Source: Candidatus Falkowbacteria bacterium (GTDB lineage: Bacteria; Patescibacteriota; Patescibacteriia; CAIXNZ01). Taken from it: a stretch of 64,000 nt of DNA. Numbering within the stretch: the stretch's first letter is position 1; each line of letters opens with the position of its first letter. Below the pieces are notes generated by a model that was given only the letters and a program-made list of their open reading frames with translations, was not told the DNA's origin and ran no database searches. The stretch spans positions 256,771 to 320,770 of the forward strand of contig CAVZGV010000003.1 in assembly GCA_963774955.1 (NCBI GenBank), in the 5' to 3' direction. Made by a program: the position numbers and the translations under genes. Positions 62,101 to 64,000 of this stretch are shown piece by piece.

Positions 62101-64000
62101 TTTCAAGCTCCTCAAGATTTTGATTTAGGTGCTGACCCTGCAACCGGTGATAACGCAGTTATCAGTATTGATATCAATAATGATAATAATTTAGATATAA
62201 TAGTATCCAGATTCTGGCACGGAGGTGGTGATCCAAATTATAATCGTTGTCTGTCTTATAATTGTTACACTGCACATCCATATCCTATATGTGCAACTTT
62301 AACTTGCCCCGTATTGAGTGGAGATGGAATTTTTATTTTATTGGGAGATGGTGACGGTACTTTTCAGAATTATCAGGGCTATGGCGATTTAATAAATTCT
62401 CATTTTGTTATCGCCGCTAAAATTAATAACGATAATTACTATGATTTAATCACTAGCAAGGTGGATGATAATCAACTAGTTGTTTTATTTAATAATACAA
62501 CTGGGGGTTTTGATTCTGAAGATATAGTAACTTATGATTTTACTAATCCTTACCCCGCTATAGCTGCAAGTGGTGACCTTGATAATGATGGTGATAATGA
62601 TCTTGCTGTCGCTACAGCTTTAGAAAACAAATTGTATATAATGATGAATGATGGTTCGGGATCATTAACAACTAATGAAGTAAAATCTATTGATATTTCA
62701 CCTTCTAATTTAAGAATTATTGATTTTAATAATGATGGATTTGAAGATATTGTAATATCAACCCAAAATGCAACAAATGAGGTTCCTGTATATTTGAATA
62801 ATGGTGATGGTACATTTAGCAACCCTGTTAATTATTCTGGTGCAGCGGATACGATGAGTATGGAATTTTTTGATAATAACAATGATGACATTGTTGATAT
62901 TATTTCTTTAAGTAATTCAAAACAATTAGTTTCTACTTTGGTTAGTAATGGTGATGGAACTTTTGATACCCCAAGGATTTTTGGCGGCGCTGATGGTCCG
63001 ATTTCTCATGTTTTGCATGATGATTTTAATAATGATGGTAACTTGGATTTATTGGTGGGGCCTAGAGTTGAATTTGGAGATGGAACAGGGCAATTTTCAT
63101 CGGCTGTTGATTCGGTAGAAGGAATGTCTTTTTATTCTAATACCAGTGGTGATTTTGATGAAGATGGAGATATTGATTTAGCCGGACTTGATTGGCCAGG
63201 TATGGACAGAATGGCGGTTTCTTTTAACGATGGCAATGGAAATTTCGGTAGCCCGACATATTATTCTGTTTCTTCTTTACCTTGGGACATTATTTCGGCT
63301 GATTTTAATAATGATGGTCATCTGGATTTAGCGGTGGCTAGTCAATATGCCGCTCAAATTTCTATGTTTATGGGTAACGGAACTGGTTATTTTAGTAATG
63401 CAGTACCAGCAAATTTATATTATAGTGTTCAGTCGTTAATTAATGAAGATTTTAATGGCGATGGCAGGGAAGATCTGGTTGTCTTGAACAGTCCTAATTA
63501 CTTATCAATTTTATTGGGTAACGATAATTTAACTTTCCAGCCGCCCGTTGATTATAATGTGGGTAGCGGACCGTATCAGGTAATTACTGATGATTTTAAT
63601 AATGATCAGCGACCCGATCTGGCATCTACAAATACTGACCTTTCTAATATCTCAGTATTTTTAGGCGATGTTATTACCGCACCGCAAATTTATCATCCCG
63701 GGGTTGGGGTGATTGGAACTCCCAGCAAGCCGGTTGAATTTGATTGTCAGGCTTTATCCGGCCAAACAATACGTTGGTCATTTGATAACATCTCAGCCGA
63801 TGCTATCGGCTTTAATTTATATGCCACTGATGGATTAATTTACAGTACTGAGGGTGAAGATATTACGGATTTAAATTATATTGATGAATCAGACTTGGAG
63901 CCAAATACTTTATATGAGGATAGATTTGTCAGGATATTTAATAACAATGGAGAATCTCCCGCATCTAATGATGCCAGTTGCTATACCCTGGTTAATGAAC
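59191..64000 (+). CDS. Giant surface protein 4 (partial): many FG-GAP/VCBS repeats, IPT/TIG-like domain and the start of the shared FN3-like module
   Basis: ATG 59191 (MNENLPNYMRYLKNTSVIALSAIIVLV...); GDFNNDG..DL.V and LGNGDGTF repeats; the same frame at the window end reads CQALSGQTIRWSF...NNNGESPASNDASCYTLVNE, homologous to proteins 1-3. Confidence 0.88.
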   Translation, partial: MNENLPNYMRYLKNTSVIALSAIIVLVSIFIFIFFRFQQYIIRPVKGLPLNNPIIYENITGEVFASGDFNNDNKGDLATISSGALKVYLGTGASAFSAPLSLNVGISNLNDLKTADINNDGNFDLIVAAQGNTTMAIFLGAGDGTFTAGSGVNIGLVTKSITLADINNDNNVDLLYLADNTAKFYSRLGNGAGAFQAATEYTGVSNQKSITSADFNNDSYADVAIIGNSVQIFINDDNGGFIEGANYIQSGSKIIAADITNDNFVDLVFVGSKVVTLINKGNASFILGEIYDGSSSVYITGTSLFTGDYNNDGENDVGVIFSNKLYLYYNQSVLYITYLSPPGVFVGESAFTLTVNGSGFNSNSIVRFNGNNKTTVYINPNQIEATIAAGDVSETSTNDVTVYDSSSGVESVMRFFYVIPGFFDAQNFSTGTQPTSLYTANLNGDSFPDLAVANSGSNNISIKLGRGDGMFIPANPETIAVNNQPNSIAGGDFNGDTYIDLVVANKGSDNLSVLMGNGLGGFTAATAITAGSQPEKVIVTDFNNDDNLDLAVACSGSNNIKVFLGNGLGGFAQSEADAVGTQPRSLASADFNKDGFKDLAVANYGSTSISILLGNGNGTFMAADPATITTGLQPISVADADFNGDNFPDLIVANYGENTVKIFLGDGEGHFAESAELNTDIQPRVVSTQDFNGDDIDDYAVVNYGANNMIMVLGNGDGTFYSAINYDLGTQPLGIINGDFNNDSRIDFAVANNGSNNISIILKRKIIDINILKPENRYNVNLWPKGLVSGDIDGDGYKDLMVVNEGPNTVSLLHNDRDGTFTALSEFDVADRPIGVDSADLNADGREDMVVTTGNSANYSVFLGKPDGTLPNVKNYNLPTYPNGFTAGDFNGDSIYDVAVSLQPTAEIGQIGVFLGNGDTSFTAGDTYTVGRWPSGVTSGDFNNDNILDVAVFNSYIGNISVLLGNGDGTFQAPQDFDLGADPATGDNAVISIDINNDNNLDIIVSRFWHGGGDPNYNRCLSYNCYTAHPYPICATLTCPVLSGDGIFILLGDGDGTFQNYQGYGDLINSHFVIAAKINNDNYYDLITSKVDDNQLVVLFNNTTGGFDSEDIVTYDFTNPYPAIAASGDLDNDGDNDLAVATALENKLYIMMNDGSGSLTTNEVKSIDISPSNLRIIDFNNDGFEDIVISTQNATNEVPVYLNNGDGTFSNPVNYSGAADTMSMEFFDNNNDDIVDIISLSNSKQLVSTLVSNGDGTFDTPRIFGGADGPISHVLHDDFNNDGNLDLLVGPRVEFGDGTGQFSSAVDSVEGMSFYSNTSGDFDEDGDIDLAGLDWPGMDRMAVSFNDGNGNFGSPTYYSVSSLPWDIISADFNNDGHLDLAVASQYAAQISMFMGNGTGYFSNAVPANLYYSVQSLINEDFNGDGREDLVVLNSPNYLSILLGNDNLTFQPPVDYNVGSGPYQVITDDFNNDQRPDLASTNTDLSNISVFLGDVITAPQIYHPGVGVIGTPSKPVEFDCQALSGQTIRWSFDNISADAIGFNLYATDGLIYSTEGEDITDLNYIDESDLEPNTLYEDRFVRIFNNNGESPASNDASCYTLVNE

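Overview
AT-rich bacterial chromosome segment, most consistent with a Patescibacteria (CPR/Parcubacteria-like) genome. This is an inference from the gene families, the type IV pilus cluster and the CPR-type surface-protein modules. The left half alternates housekeeping genes (msrB, ABC transporter, corA-pduL-MBL-ackA, murJ, a frameshifted lepA, recJ, rnhA, pilM-pilin-pilD, ligA, raiA/hpf) with GC-richer orphan genes. The orphans share an expression signature: TTGAC[AT]-17bp-TAnnnT promoter, boxA-like motif, strong Shine-Dalgarno site and their own terminator. Core genes instead use extended -10 promoters and are leaderless or lack an SD. From 36.6 kb to the end lies a tandem array of four giant membrane-anchored surface proteins; the fourth is truncated by the window and missing from the ORF track. 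They carry different beta-propeller heads on a shared, gene-converted stalk/anchor. Intergenic spaces hold short periodic imperfect palindromes, one of which brackets a GxxExxY gene while others are empty, plus REP-like hairpins. No rRNA, tRNA, CRISPR array, integrase or transposase was recognised.
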